From Fimbriimonadales bacterium (lineage in GTDB: Bacteria; Armatimonadota; Fimbriimonadia; Fimbriimonadales; ATM1), in assembly GCA_041744215.1 (NCBI GenBank), contig JBGTLG010000033.1, positions 116,129 to 180,128 on the forward strand: a DNA stretch of 64,000 nt. The letters run 5' to 3'. Positions 17,114-27,104 of the stretch are shown piece by piece. The translations under genes were made by a program, and so were the position numbers. Position 1 is the stretch's first letter; each line of letters starts with the position of its first letter. The notes below the pieces were generated by a model, which saw nothing but the letters and a program-made list of their open reading frames with translations, ran no database searches and was not told where the DNA came from.

Positions 17114-19167
17114 CGAACTTCAAGTAGCACCGCGCGCGGCGGACCACCTGGCGATTCCTCGTCAAACGCAGCCAGCTGGATGAGCAAGCCTGCGCGGTAG
17201 GCGGCGGCAACGATTCCGCGAAAGTCTGCAACGTCGGCAAGGTCCGGTTGCTGAGCGAAAAGCGAAGGCGCAAAGACGTACTGTAGCTGACGTGCCTCTT
17301 CCCTGCTTCCAATTACGGAAGGATCGAAGTTCATGTAGATGTGCGTCGCTCCAAGTTCCCTCAGCGCGTCGACGAATCGCTGCGGCGAATCGGCTTCGCT
17401 CCACGGAATCAGAGTGCTAAATCCAGGACTCGCCCAGAAGTATCTCGCATCGAGATAGAACCCCCTGACTTCGTCAAGGAGCGCAACTCGCATTTCGGAG
17501 TTTTCGGCCGCGAGACGATTGATGTAGGCAGTCGCTTCCCAGAATGGAAACCTGCGCATCGGACCGCCGCCAAAATCGCCTCCCGACAGATACGCGGAGT
17601 CCGGCTTGCCGCTTGACAAGAACTTCATTGAATTGCCGAACTCGCTCGTCGCGCCGCGTTCGATCAATGTGAAAAGTCCAGCAAACCAGAACAACGTAAC
17701 TGCCGACTGGATCGAAATGGCTGCAATCGCGAGACGCCGAAAGGCGAGCCGCGAGATAACTCCGCCAAGCAGGAACGCGCCTGGAACCATGAGCGCGATG
17801 ATGTATCGAGATTGCTGCGTCAAGTAGAACCATGAGAGGAGCGCGATCGAGATTACGAGCACGCACAGCGCTTCTTCCCTCCTCAGCCTTCCGCTAAAAC
17901 ACCAGAACAGTACGGATAACAGAAGCAGCGGGCCCATCGTTCCCCAGTACGCGCCGCCATTAATTTGGCGATGAGGCTGAATGGCGAGCGCGGTGATTGC
18001 TCCAGGAATGGTGAGCGGATTTCGCGATGCGCCGTCGACCCCTTTGTTCGCTTCTGTGTACTCATCGCCTGAAAACGTCCAGACGCCGAATCGCTTTTGC
18101 TCGGTCGAATACGCGTGCGCCATGTCAGGCGTCCAGTCTTTGCCGCCAAAGACACTATAAAAGAATGGATAGACCGGGTTTCCGGTTGTGGCAATGTTTC
18201 GCAGATACCATGGGGATGCGACGGCGAGCGCGATTAAACCAACGACCAGCGCAGCGGACACAGACTTGCGAGTCTCTCGCGCGAATGCGCCAATCAGAAG
18301 AATCGCAACGACGAGTGCGAACGCGACTTGAAATCCTGTGTACTTCGTCGCGATCGACAAGCCAAGCATGATTCCAGAAAGAAACAACATGCGCTTGTCG
18401 CCGCCGCCAATGTAGATAGCGCTAAGAACGGCGGCCGCGCCGCCATAGAAGCCGTGAATCACGTCCTGGTAAGCGGTCCCTGGCTCCCACAAAATGACAG
18501 GGACACAGATGAATGCGAGCGCAGCCCAGTTCCCTGCGATGCGGCCGTACTTGTGTGCGGTCAAACCACCGACACCAAAAACGGCGAGGATCGCAAGCCA
18601 CCACGCGATCATCTTCGCGCCCGCTTGCCCACCAAACTCGAGACCCCACACGTACACCATGTTCACCGTGCCGGGGATGTTGCTGTGGTTCATCCATGAG
18701 AGGTACGAGACTTTGCCTTCGAGCAGCCACACTTTGCTCATCGCAAGTTGGTGACTCGTCGTATCCCAGTCCGCGCCAGCGCTTGGTGTGAACACAGCTG
18801 GGAGTCGCGTCAGCACCAGCAATCCGATGACAAGGATCAAGATGCGACTGACCGCATCGGTTTCTCTGGATACTGCGAACTGATCTTTGTTCGCTCGCAA
18901 TCCAACCGCACCGACAACAGCCCATATAGCAGCACCACCATAAAAGAACCACGAGTGTACGAACAAGCCTGCGATTCCCGCGAAAAACGTGACCATCCCA
19001 ATCGCGCCGAGTCCCACCGCGCCGCAGAGTCCCCACACCGCCGTCGGAGGCAGTCCACGTGTCCACCTCCCGATCAGAAGTGACCCGATGCCGATTGCGA
19101 ATAGCGTGCCGAATAGTCCAAATGCGAGCGCAATGAGCGGGACGCTCTCGTATCGGTAGTCGGCCAT
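17110..19167 (-). CDS. Polytopic membrane glycosyltransferase (GT-C, ArnT/PMT-like)
   Basis: Many TM segments, WDTTSHQ loop, ATKYTG, PWYLRN..TGNPVYPF. Confidence 0.8.
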   Translation of the reverse strand: MADYRYESVPLIALAFGLFGTLFAIGIGSLLIGRWTRGLPPTAVWGLCGAVGLGAIGMVTFFAGIAGLFVHSWFFYGGAAIWAVVGAVGLRANKDQFAVSRETDAVSRILILVIGLLVLTRLPAVFTPSAGADWDTTSHQLAMSKVWLLEGKVSYLSWMNHSNIPGTVNMVYVWGLEFGGQAGAKMIAWWLAILAVFGVGGLTAHKYGRIAGNWAALAFICVPVILWEPGTAYQDVIHGFYGGAAAVLSAIYIGGGDKRMLFLSGIMLGLSIATKYTGFQVAFALVVAILLIGAFARETRKSVSAALVVGLIALAVASPWYLRNIATTGNPVYPFFYSVFGGKDWTPDMAHAYSTEQKRFGVWTFSGDEYTEANKGVDGASRNPLTIPGAITALAIQPHRQINGGAYWGTMGPLLLLSVLFWCFSGRLRREEALCVLVISIALLSWFYLTQQSRYIIALMVPGAFLLGGVISRLAFRRLAIAAISIQSAVTLFWFAGLFTLIERGATSEFGNSMKFLSSGKPDSAYLSGGDFGGGPMRRFPFWEATAYINRLAAENSEMRVALLDEVRGFYLDARYFWASPGFSTLIPWSEADSPQRFVDALRELGATHIYMNFDPSVIGSREEARQLQYVFAPSLFAQQPDLADVADFRGIVAAAYRAGLLIQLAAFDEESPGGPPRAVLLEVR

Positions 19168-19183
19168 TGGCGCAATTATGGTC

Positions 19184-20005
19184 CTAACGGCGCGGGTCCG
19201 CCGGCACCGTCGATTCTCCCCAAAGTTCGAGGATGCCGCCCTTGCTTCTCAGGGACTGGATTTGAAAGGCGCCGAACAGGCGCAGATCCGCATCAATGTC
19301 CAGCACTGGATTGAGCGCCTGCAAGAGGACTGTTTTTGCGCTAGCAGTAGGGAGAGACCCATCGAGGAGCATCCACGAATCTTCAAGCCACAACTCGACT
19401 CCGTTCTTCACAGCGAGACGAGAACTCACGTAAAAGCTTGTTGTGAATAGCATGAATTCTCCGGTCCCCTCGACGTAGATCTTGTCGTTCTCCAGTCGGA
19501 CGGAAACGGTCTTGATTTCGCGGAACTTATGGAGGATGAATCGCTCGAGCGCGGCAGCATTGATACGCACATATCCTGGGCCCGTTCCAGCCCGGCTCAG
19601 CCGCATCTTGCCCTCTCTTTTGGCAAAGCCGAAGTCGAACCGACACTCTGAGATGTCAGCGGTTAACTCCTCAACGTGAAGACTGCGCAACTCGAAGTCC
19701 TTCAGCCGAAGTTCGAGAAGGCCGATTCGCCCCGTCGCAGCAAGCTCGGGCTCCGTAAAAAGGGGCAATCCAGAAACCTGGAAGTTCTCGGCAGATATCG
19801 TCACCTTGCGAAGCCGACCGCTCGCAGCATCCAAGATCCCGCCGCTTTCCGATTGGATCCAGACCCGTTTTTCGCGCCCTTGGAGTTGGGTCGCCAACTC
19901 CCGCGCCGCACGGCGCTCGAACGACTCGGCTAAACTATCCGCGGTCGCCCCGGCGATCGCCCCTAAGCCGGCGAGAATGAGGGGTATCACCGCGTCACCG
20001 AGCAA
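19184..20005 (-). CDS. LmeA/DUF2993-like protein
   Basis: N-terminal anchor and an extended beta-rich body ending in LNPVLDID. Start uncertain. Confidence 0.6.
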   Translation of the reverse strand: MLGDAVIPLILAGLGAIAGATADSLAESFERRAARELATQLQGREKRVWIQSESGGILDAASGRLRKVTISAENFQVSGLPLFTEPELAATGRIGLLELRLKDFELRSLHVEELTADISECRFDFGFAKREGKMRLSRAGTGPGYVRINAAALERFILHKFREIKTVSVRLENDKIYVEGTGEFMLFTTSFYVSSRLAVKNGVELWLEDSWMLLDGSLPTASAKTVLLQALNPVLDIDADLRLFGAFQIQSLRSKGGILELWGESTVPADPRR

Positions 20006-20071
20006 GCTATAGAAACGTAGTAAATGAGGCCAGTGTTCACGCTGGCATTTTAGCTTTGAACCCTGAACCGT

Positions 20072-21115
20072 ATGGAAATGATTGCCGCACTCAAATCGCT
20101 ACATGAATCTCATCAAGTGACCTGGTCCGACGGTCGACCCGCCGGATACGGGCAGTTCGACGCCGAGTACCGACTTCTTCGGGAGGCCTGCGGCTGGATC
20201 GACTTTTCCAAAGTGGGAAAACTCATACTGACCGGAGAGGATCGGAAAGGCTGGCTCCAGGGGCAGATCACCCAGGATCTGCGCAGCTTTGGCCAATACA
20301 CATTCAGCCAGGCGTGCATCCTCACTCCGACTGGCCAGGTTTTGGCGGACCTCGGCCTTTGGGCACTTGGAGAAGAGTTTGCAATGCTGCTGCCCGAGGT
20401 TTCGGCGGCGGCTGCGCTGAAGCGGCTCCACCAAATGCTGATTCTGGAGGACGTCAAGATCGATGACCTAACCGAATCGCACGCTCTAATCTCAATACAG
20501 GGGCCGACTGCATCAGAGGTCCTGGGCGAGCGGCTGGAACTGCCGAGGCTGAGCGCGGGCATTGTCGAAATGCAAGGCGGGGCGCTAAGGCTTCTGCGGC
20601 ATGATCGAAGCGGAATGGGCGGATGGGATCTCCTGTTCCCGTCGAAGCTGGCTCAGGATGTGGTAAGTCTGATCGATGGGATTAGCCCCGTTGGACACGA
20701 TGCTTGGAACGCCGCTCGGATCGAAGTGGGCATCCCTGTATACGGGGCTGACATGACGGATAAGACGCTCGTTATGGAGATGGGGCCAGACTTCATTTCT
20801 CGACACGTCTCGTTCGACAAAGGCTGCTACACAGGCCAGGAGGTCGTCCAGCGGATTCATGCTCGGGGCCACGCAAACAAGATTTGGGTTGGCTTGATTG
20901 GCGACGGGGACATTGAAGTTGGGGCCGCGCTTTCCCACCCCAATCGCCCGGACGCAGGGATCGTGACATCGGCAGCCTTCTCGCCCGATTACGGCCCGAT
21001 CGGTGCTGCGATCCTTCGCGTAGAGGCCGCGCGGGACGGCGACATCGTCTCGATGCAAACGAAGGGAGGCCCGGTCAACGCGGAAGTCGTGATCATGCCG
21101 ATCCGACACTCGTAG
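20072..21115 (+). CDS. YgfZ/GcvT-family folate-binding protein
   Basis: GEDRKGWLQGQITQD and the KGCYTGQE signature. Confidence 0.9.
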   Translation: MEMIAALKSLHESHQVTWSDGRPAGYGQFDAEYRLLREACGWIDFSKVGKLILTGEDRKGWLQGQITQDLRSFGQYTFSQACILTPTGQVLADLGLWALGEEFAMLLPEVSAAAALKRLHQMLILEDVKIDDLTESHALISIQGPTASEVLGERLELPRLSAGIVEMQGGALRLLRHDRSGMGGWDLLFPSKLAQDVVSLIDGISPVGHDAWNAARIEVGIPVYGADMTDKTLVMEMGPDFISRHVSFDKGCYTGQEVVQRIHARGHANKIWVGLIGDGDIEVGAALSHPNRPDAGIVTSAAFSPDYGPIGAAILRVEAARDGDIVSMQTKGGPVNAEVVIMPIRHS

Positions 21116-21120
21116 CGGAT

Positions 21121-21372
21121 CTAGTCTTCCTTCCTAACGACGACGATCGTGCAATCGGTGGCAAGCGCAGCCACGGCGCCAACCGCAGCCCAGACAGGCA
21201 AGAGCGCGATTCCGACCAGGCCAATTGACAGCGGCACTTCCAGGAGGGTCACGCTCTTCTCATTCTTGATGATGATCCTGCGAACGTTGCCCTCGTGGAC
21301 AAGCTCCTTGACCTTTTCAAGCAGGCCGCCGCCCGACACTTTGAATTCCTCTTGTTCCGGCTTTTGGGACAT
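21121..21372 (-). CDS. DUF4342 family protein
   Basis: EEFKVSG..EKVKELVHEGNVRRIII..LLEVP. True start likely ATG 21372. Confidence 0.85.
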   Translation of the reverse strand: MSQKPEQEEFKVSGGGLLEKVKELVHEGNVRRIIIKNEKSVTLLEVPLSIGLVGIALLPVWAAVGAVAALATDCTIVVVRKED

Positions 21373-21414
21373 GTTCTCTAGTTTGGCACGGCGACCCAGA
21401 GGCCTCCTGAGATG

Positions 21415-21455
21415 TATAATGCGGACAGTTAGCACTCGGACGCTCCGAGTGCCAA
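21415..21455 (+). promoter_or_regulatory. -10 box and CIRCE element (HrcA operator) upstream of groES
   Basis: TATAAT at 21415-21420; TTAGCACTC-N9-GAGTGCCAA at 21429-21455. Confidence 0.93.
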
Positions 21456-21479
21456 TTTGGACAAAAGGAGTCGCAAGAA

Positions 21480-21836
21480 ATGAAAATGAAACCACTTCAT
21501 GATCGGATCGTGGTGAAGCCGTCGGAGAAGGAATCCGTCACGGCGTCGGGGATCGTCCTCCCAGACACAGCGCAGGAGAAGCCTTTGAAAGGTGAGGTGA
21601 TAGCCGTGGGGCCCGGCAAGGTCCTTGAGAGCGGCAAAGTCGCCGAGCTGGAGGTCAAGGTCTCGGACATCGTGCTCTATGGGAAGTACTCTGGAACAGA
21701 GGTTAAGGTCGGCGGCGAAGACGTTGTGATCCTGCGCCAGGAAGATGTGCTGGCGATCATCGACGGCAGCAGCGCGAAGGCAAAGCCCGCTGCTGACACC
21801 AAGAAGTCAAAGGCAAACAAGAAGGGGAAAAAGTAA
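21480..21836 (+). CDS. groES: Co-chaperonin GroES with a Lys-rich C-terminal extension
   Basis: [26 protein letters not shown]. Confidence 0.97.
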   Translation: MKMKPLHDRIVVKPSEKESVTASGIVLPDTAQEKPLKGEVIAVGPGKVLESGKVAELEVKVSDIVLYGKYSGTEVKVGGEDVVILRQEDVLAIIDGSSAKAKPAADTKKSKANKKGKK

Positions 21837-21839
21837 ACG

Positions 21840-23444
21840 ATGTCGGCAAAAGAACTCAAGTACGGTCCCGATGCACGCGCGGCGATTCAGTCAGGCGTAA
21901 ACAAAATGGCGGAGGCGCTCAAAGTCACCCTCGGCCCGCGAGGACGCGCTGTGGGCATCGAAAAGAAGTTTGGCGGCCCGACTCTTGTTGACGACGGGGT
22001 GACGATTGCGAAAGAGATCGAGCTCGAAGATCGGTTCGAGAACATGGGCGCGCTGCTCATCCGCGAAGTTAGCAGCCGCACGAACGACCAAGCTGGAGAC
22101 GGCACGACTACTAGCGCGATACTCGCTCAAGCCATTCTCAATGAAGGCATGCGCAGCGTCACCAGTGGGTCGAATCCGATTGCGCTGAAGCGCGGGATCG
22201 ATCAAGCGGTGACCGCGGTCGTGGAAGAGCTGAAGAAGCAGAGCCGGAAGCTTAAGGGCGCGGATGATGCGGTCCAGGTCGCGACGATTTCCAGTAAACA
22301 CGACGAGATCGGCGAAAAGGTCGGCCATGCCGTCCACAAAGTCGGACTCGACGGTGTCGTTACTGTCGAGGAAGGTCGCAGCATGGAGACCACCGTCGAA
22401 GAGGTCGAAGGTATGCGCTTCGACAAAGGCTACATCAGCCCTTACTTTGTTACTGACGCTGCCCAAATGGAAGTCGTCTATGAAGATCCGCTGATTCTGT
22501 TCTTCGAAAAGAAAATCAGCAACGTTCCTGACTTCCTTCCTTTCTTAGAGCGCGCTGCGCAAACGGGTCGACCGATCGTAATCATCGCGGAGGATGTCGA
22601 AAGCGAGCCTCTCGCGATGCTCGTACTGAATCGGATTCGCGCCGGGTTGCGGTGCGTCGCGGTTAAAGCGCCTGGGTTTGGAGATCGCAGAAAAGCGATG
22701 CTCGAAGACATGGCTACCATGACAGGTGGAAGCGTCATCAGCGAAGACATCGGCCTGAAACTCGAAAACGTAACAATCGACATGTTGGGTTCGTGCCAGC
22801 GGATCATCGTAACCCGCGAGCACACAACGATCATCGGCGGCAAGGGGAAGAAGTCTGAGATCGACGCTCGCGTGAAACAGATCAAGCAACAGATCGAGAC
22901 CGCGACGAGCAGTTACGACAAGGAGAAACTGTCCGAGCGATTGGCGAAGCTGTCAGGCGGCGTCACAGTCATCAAAGTCGGTGCTGTCACAGAGACGGAG
23001 ATGAAAGAGCGCAAGGAGAGAATCACCGACGCCCTAAATGCTACTCGCGCTGCTTTGGAAGAGGGGATCGTCGTTGGCGGCGGCCTCGCGATGCTCCGCG
23101 CATCTGCGGTGATCGATCAGTTGAAGCTGTCTGGCGATGAGGCTATCGGTGCGCAGATACTGCGCCGCGCGATGACCGCGCCTCTGCGCTCAATCGTCGA
23201 TAACTGCGGACTGGAAGGTTCAGCGGTCGTCGCACGAGTGCAGGCTCAGAACGGAAACATAGGCTTCGACGCAAATCAACTCAAGGTTCACGATCTGATG
23301 GCAGCAGGCATCATCGACCCAACTAAGGTGGTTCGGCTGTGCGTCGAGAACGCTGCGTCGATTGCTGGTCTACTGCTGACAACGGAAGCGGCCGTCGCTG
23401 ACCTGCCTGAGGGCGAGAAGCCGCACACTCCTCCCGCCTACTAA
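21840..23444 (+). CDS. groEL: Chaperonin GroEL
   Basis: [37 protein letters not shown]. Confidence 0.98.
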   Translation: MSAKELKYGPDARAAIQSGVNKMAEALKVTLGPRGRAVGIEKKFGGPTLVDDGVTIAKEIELEDRFENMGALLIREVSSRTNDQAGDGTTTSAILAQAILNEGMRSVTSGSNPIALKRGIDQAVTAVVEELKKQSRKLKGADDAVQVATISSKHDEIGEKVGHAVHKVGLDGVVTVEEGRSMETTVEEVEGMRFDKGYISPYFVTDAAQMEVVYEDPLILFFEKKISNVPDFLPFLERAAQTGRPIVIIAEDVESEPLAMLVLNRIRAGLRCVAVKAPGFGDRRKAMLEDMATMTGGSVISEDIGLKLENVTIDMLGSCQRIIVTREHTTIIGGKGKKSEIDARVKQIKQQIETATSSYDKEKLSERLAKLSGGVTVIKVGAVTETEMKERKERITDALNATRAALEEGIVVGGGLAMLRASAVIDQLKLSGDEAIGAQILRRAMTAPLRSIVDNCGLEGSAVVARVQAQNGNIGFDANQLKVHDLMAAGIIDPTKVVRLCVENAASIAGLLLTTEAAVADLPEGEKPHTPPAY

Positions 23445-23460
23445 TAGGGATCCATATACG

Positions 23461-23497
23461 AAAAACGGCCGGTTGCATATCGCAGCCGGCCGTTTTT
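23461..23497. terminator. Bidirectional intrinsic terminator
   Basis: AAAAACGGCCGG...CCGGCCGTTTTT between convergent genes. Confidence 0.85.
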
Positions 23498-23517
23498 GTT
23501 CGCCCCAACTAACTCGT

Positions 23518-23856
23518 TTACAATTCAGGGTTCGGGTGTTCGGCGATGTCGCACGCCGTGTGGGATCCTACCGTCCCGAAGTCGTAATTGCCGCCCATCG
23601 GACACTCCGGAGTCCTTCGAATGTAAGGCATCAGGTCTGCGAGTACGACCGGGTCACCACTGTTAGCGCGCATCTCAATTGCGTACTGCGCCTTTACCGC
23701 ATCGAAGATTCTCAGATTGCTTTGACACGTCCGCTTTGCGGCATTTCGTCGTGCAGTCATCATTTGCGGAATGGCGATGGATATGAGCAGGCCGATGACC
23801 AAGACCACGATCATCACCTCAACCAGCGTAAAACCTTTTGTTCGCTTCTTGTTCAT
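23518..23856 (-). CDS. Type IV pilin / pseudopilin (prepilin N-terminal cleavage motif)
   Basis: KG|FTLVEVMIVVLVIGLLISIAIP, CP.GG.Y and C..H. ATG 23856 after GGAG. Confidence 0.9.
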   Translation of the reverse strand: MNKKRTKGFTLVEVMIVVLVIGLLISIAIPQMMTARRNAAKRTCQSNLRIFDAVKAQYAIEMRANSGDPVVLADLMPYIRRTPECPMGGNYDFGTVGSHTACDIAEHPNPEL

Positions 23857-24005
23857 TCCGCTCGACTCCTGAGGCTGTTGTTTGACGGGAGTCAAGTCCG
23901 GGCGGCGGCTAGGACCCAACTCCACGTCCAGGGGGTAATTCCACGCGGTGTGCCAGACGTGCCTGTGAATCTTGCCTGTTCAGTTGTTGCGGGTACGCTG
24001 ACAAG

Positions 24006-25157
24006 GTGCAGAAGGCCACCTTAGAATCCATGTGGCAGGAGCACTTTCCGGGCTCACCCGAGGTTTCATCCGAAGCGCCCGGGCGGGTAAACCTCATAGG
24101 CGAGCACACAGATTACAACGAGGGATACGTGTTCCCCGCTGCCATTGACCGAGGAACTCGTGGTCTGTTTCGGCGATCAGATGGTCCAACCCGTGTCTTA
24201 TCGCGACAAGCGGGATGGTCAACGGCCTTTGATCCCGGAAAGTACGTGAAATCGAAGAATTGGGCGCGCTTTGTTTCGGCGTGCGCGCTGCGCCTGAGAG
24301 ACGTTACCGGCGAGCAGGCGCCTTCGATTGAAGGGGTGATTGATTCTGACATTCCGTCCGGTTCGGGTCTGAGTTCGAGTGCAGCGCTCGAACTGTGCCT
24401 GTTAAGCGCGATGAACGTGTTTGGGGGATACGGGTTGTCGAACTTCGAGCTCGCAATCATCGCTGCAGAAGCAGACAACGTGTACGTCGGCGTCCAATCG
24501 GGCGTGATGGATCAAATGGCCTCTGCGCTGGGTGAAAAGGACTGCGCTCTGTTCATCGACACGCGCTCTCGGGAGTACTCTGCGCACAGACTGCCATCCG
24601 GAATCTCGATCGCAATTCTCGACACTCGCAAGCCCAGGACGCTGGCATCCTCCGCATACAACGAACGCGTCGCTGAGTGCCGCCGAGCCGTTGAGGCCAT
24701 CTCTGCGGTCGATCCCAGCATACGATCCTTGCGTGACGCGACGGAGGACCACCTGAAGCAAGCACATCTCGATGAGGTTGCGATGAAGCGCGCTCGCCAT
24801 GTCTTATCGGAAAACTCGCGGACGATTGCATTCAGAGATTCCCTCCTCGCAGGAGACCTTAAGGCCATTGGCACATTGGCCAAGGAATCTCACGAGAGCC
24901 TCCGCGACGATTACGAAGTCTCCTGTCAAGAACTGGACGCGATGGCGAGAGCGGCGTGGGGCGCCCCCGGATGCATTGCGGCGCGGATGACGGGCGCGGG
25001 TTTCGGAGGGTGTTGCGTCGCGCTGTTCGAATCCCAGGCTTCCCGGGAATTCGAGGCATCTGTCTGGGCGTCTTATGGAATGTATGGATTCCGGGTGCCG
25101 GTCTTGTTCGAGACCTCGGCGGCTCGGGGGGCTCGAGCCACGCAGCTCGGGAACTGA
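24006..25157 (+). CDS. galK: Galactokinase
   Basis: APGRVNLIGEHTDYN, PSGSGLSSSAA, GVMDQ, RMTGAGFGG. Confidence 0.96.
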   Translation: MQKATLESMWQEHFPGSPEVSSEAPGRVNLIGEHTDYNEGYVFPAAIDRGTRGLFRRSDGPTRVLSRQAGWSTAFDPGKYVKSKNWARFVSACALRLRDVTGEQAPSIEGVIDSDIPSGSGLSSSAALELCLLSAMNVFGGYGLSNFELAIIAAEADNVYVGVQSGVMDQMASALGEKDCALFIDTRSREYSAHRLPSGISIAILDTRKPRTLASSAYNERVAECRRAVEAISAVDPSIRSLRDATEDHLKQAHLDEVAMKRARHVLSENSRTIAFRDSLLAGDLKAIGTLAKESHESLRDDYEVSCQELDAMARAAWGAPGCIAARMTGAGFGGCCVALFESQASREFEASVWASYGMYGFRVPVLFETSAARGARATQLGN

Positions 25158-25361
25158 ACGTTTTCTGTGTCGTCCAAATAGGCGATCGTTCGTGGCACGC
25201 GGACATTTGGAGAGAGGCCTCGCCACGGCAATTGCCCGGTGCTACGGGCAATCTTTTGGGAATTCCGCCCAGAATCAAGTGCTGGCGTCTCAAAAATCGC
25301 TAGATCTGTGGAATGACCCTTTCAGGCGGCAAGTCCAGCCAACAGGAGCGAGGGGTGAATC

Positions 25362-25637
25362 ATGGCAATGCCAACGTCTAGAATGGAGTCGAGCGGACGT
25401 CCCGTTCGTCTCACCAAGAGAGAGATCGAAGTTCTATCGCTAATTGCGCAGGGCTTTAGCAGCAAGGAAGCTGCTGAGCATCTGTTCGTTTCAAAGCGGA
25501 CGGTAGACTTTCACCTGGCAAACATCTACGGAAAACTGCAAGTGAACAATCGTGTCCAAGCTTTTCGAGCCGCGACACGCCTTGGTCTCATTCCCTTTGA
25601 GCCAACGTTCAGCAGCCATTCCGGCGGCGAGTCCTAG
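25362..25637 (+). CDS. Stand-alone LuxR-type HTH regulator
   Basis: LTKREIEVL..G.SSKEAAEHLFVSKRTVDFHLANIYGKL. Confidence 0.92.
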   Translation: MAMPTSRMESSGRPVRLTKREIEVLSLIAQGFSSKEAAEHLFVSKRTVDFHLANIYGKLQVNNRVQAFRAATRLGLIPFEPTFSSHSGGES

Positions 25638-25663
25638 GACTCGCGACGCTAACCAAAGATCTC

Positions 25664-25700
25664 GGCGCGGTGTCCGAAACTCGGACACCGCGCCATTTTG
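25664..25700. terminator. Terminator hairpin between convergent genes
   Basis: Perfect 14-bp stem GGCGCGGTGTCCGA / TCGGACACCGCGCC followed by ATTTT. Confidence 0.75.
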
Positions 25701-25720
25701 GTTTTAGCAAAGACTTTGAC

Positions 25721-26956
25721 TCACGCGGCCTTCAGCCAGACGGGCACGAACGCCTTTGACTTCAATAGCTCAATCGCCTTTGCGACGGCAGGATCTGGGT
25801 TGCCTGCTTGCGTCACTTCAGCGTCCGGAACAACCGGGTTCCGTTCAAGCCGCACGCCCTTCGCAGTGACGTAATCATTCACGGGATACTGGAGTTGGAA
25901 CCCGTGAGGCAAGCGACCATAAACCGATGCCAATACAGCCCCTGCGGTTCGTGTGCCGACAACGACTGCGCCACCCTGCTCCTTGAGCGCCGCAGCGGCG
26001 ATCTCGGACGCGCTGGCGGACCCCCTGTTTACAAGCACAGCGATCTGTCCTTCGAAGTGCTTCGTTCGCTGCGCGCGCGTGGTCATCTTCTGAGTCGACC
26101 ACTCAGCGATCGCTTTGACATCCGTCGCTTCCTTTCCTGTCTCGCGCTGGTATCGATCGGCAACTTGACGCGAAACAAACGTGCCGATGACAGTGCTCGG
26201 CGGCAGCAAGTGGCTGAGGAAATGGCTCAGATTGTTGACCGCGCCGCCACCGTTGCTCCGCAAATCGATAATCAGTCTTTTTGCTTTCGCCGCTTCCCCA
26301 AACAACTTCTCGAGGTTTTCGCGGCCGTATCCCACATTGAACGTGAACACTCGAATGACTGCCGTCTCATCGTCCACCCACGTGATTGTCTCCGGTCGAA
26401 CAGTTGAAAACCGCCGTCTTTCAACCTGAACGACTTCGATCTTGCCATCTGCCCGCTTGATCTTTAGCTCGACTTTCGTTCCCTCATCGCCGTCAAGCGT
26501 TGTCGTCTCCTCGACGGGTTTGCCGTTGACTTCGATGATCACATCGCCAACCTGAAGTCCGGCGTCCTTCGCAGGCCCTCCGTCCGTCACGGCTCTTACT
26601 ACAAGGCCCTCCTCTTCCTTTCGGACGCTCGCGCCAACGCCGATGGTCGATGTCTGAGTCCTTTGGACAGCAGCCCTCGGAGTCACGAGGCGGATGTGGC
26701 TCGCGCCGAATTCTCGCAAGGCGCGATTGATCGCGTTGGTGAACGCCGGGATCTCCGCCGCGGCCTCAACAGCTTCCGCCTGCTTTTCTATGAAACTCGG
26801 CCACTTCGAAAAGTCCATCCCGGGCACGAATGCCCGCGTGGTCACGAACTCCTCAACGCTCTTCAAGACATCGGCCTTTTGCTCAGGCGTTATGGGTTGG
26901 GCTACGGCGATGCCAGCCATGAGAACGGCTGCGAAGAACCCCATGAATCTTCTCAT
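25721..26956 (-). CDS. S41 (CtpA-like) peptidase with a PDZ domain
   Basis: Signal peptide, PDZ GVG..GPAKDAGLQVGD, DLRSNGGG, SASASE. Confidence 0.93.
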   Translation of the reverse strand: MRRFMGFFAAVLMAGIAVAQPITPEQKADVLKSVEEFVTTRAFVPGMDFSKWPSFIEKQAEAVEAAAEIPAFTNAINRALREFGASHIRLVTPRAAVQRTQTSTIGVGASVRKEEEGLVVRAVTDGGPAKDAGLQVGDVIIEVNGKPVEETTTLDGDEGTKVELKIKRADGKIEVVQVERRRFSTVRPETITWVDDETAVIRVFTFNVGYGRENLEKLFGEAAKAKRLIIDLRSNGGGAVNNLSHFLSHLLPPSTVIGTFVSRQVADRYQRETGKEATDVKAIAEWSTQKMTTRAQRTKHFEGQIAVLVNRGSASASEIAAAALKEQGGAVVVGTRTAGAVLASVYGRLPHGFQLQYPVNDYVTAKGVRLERNPVVPDAEVTQAGNPDPAVAKAIELLKSKAFVPVWLKAA

Positions 26957-27104
26957 AGAAACCTGTACGGAGTTGCGGGGATTGATGTTCCCCCCAGATT
27001 AGAGTTTGGTGGGTCATGACCAGCCGGGCTTCCTGATCCCGGATGAGCCCGTAGAGCCCCGAACCCGTACCCCATGCTCCTGGGCAAGCCCGTGCCATCG
27101 CGCG

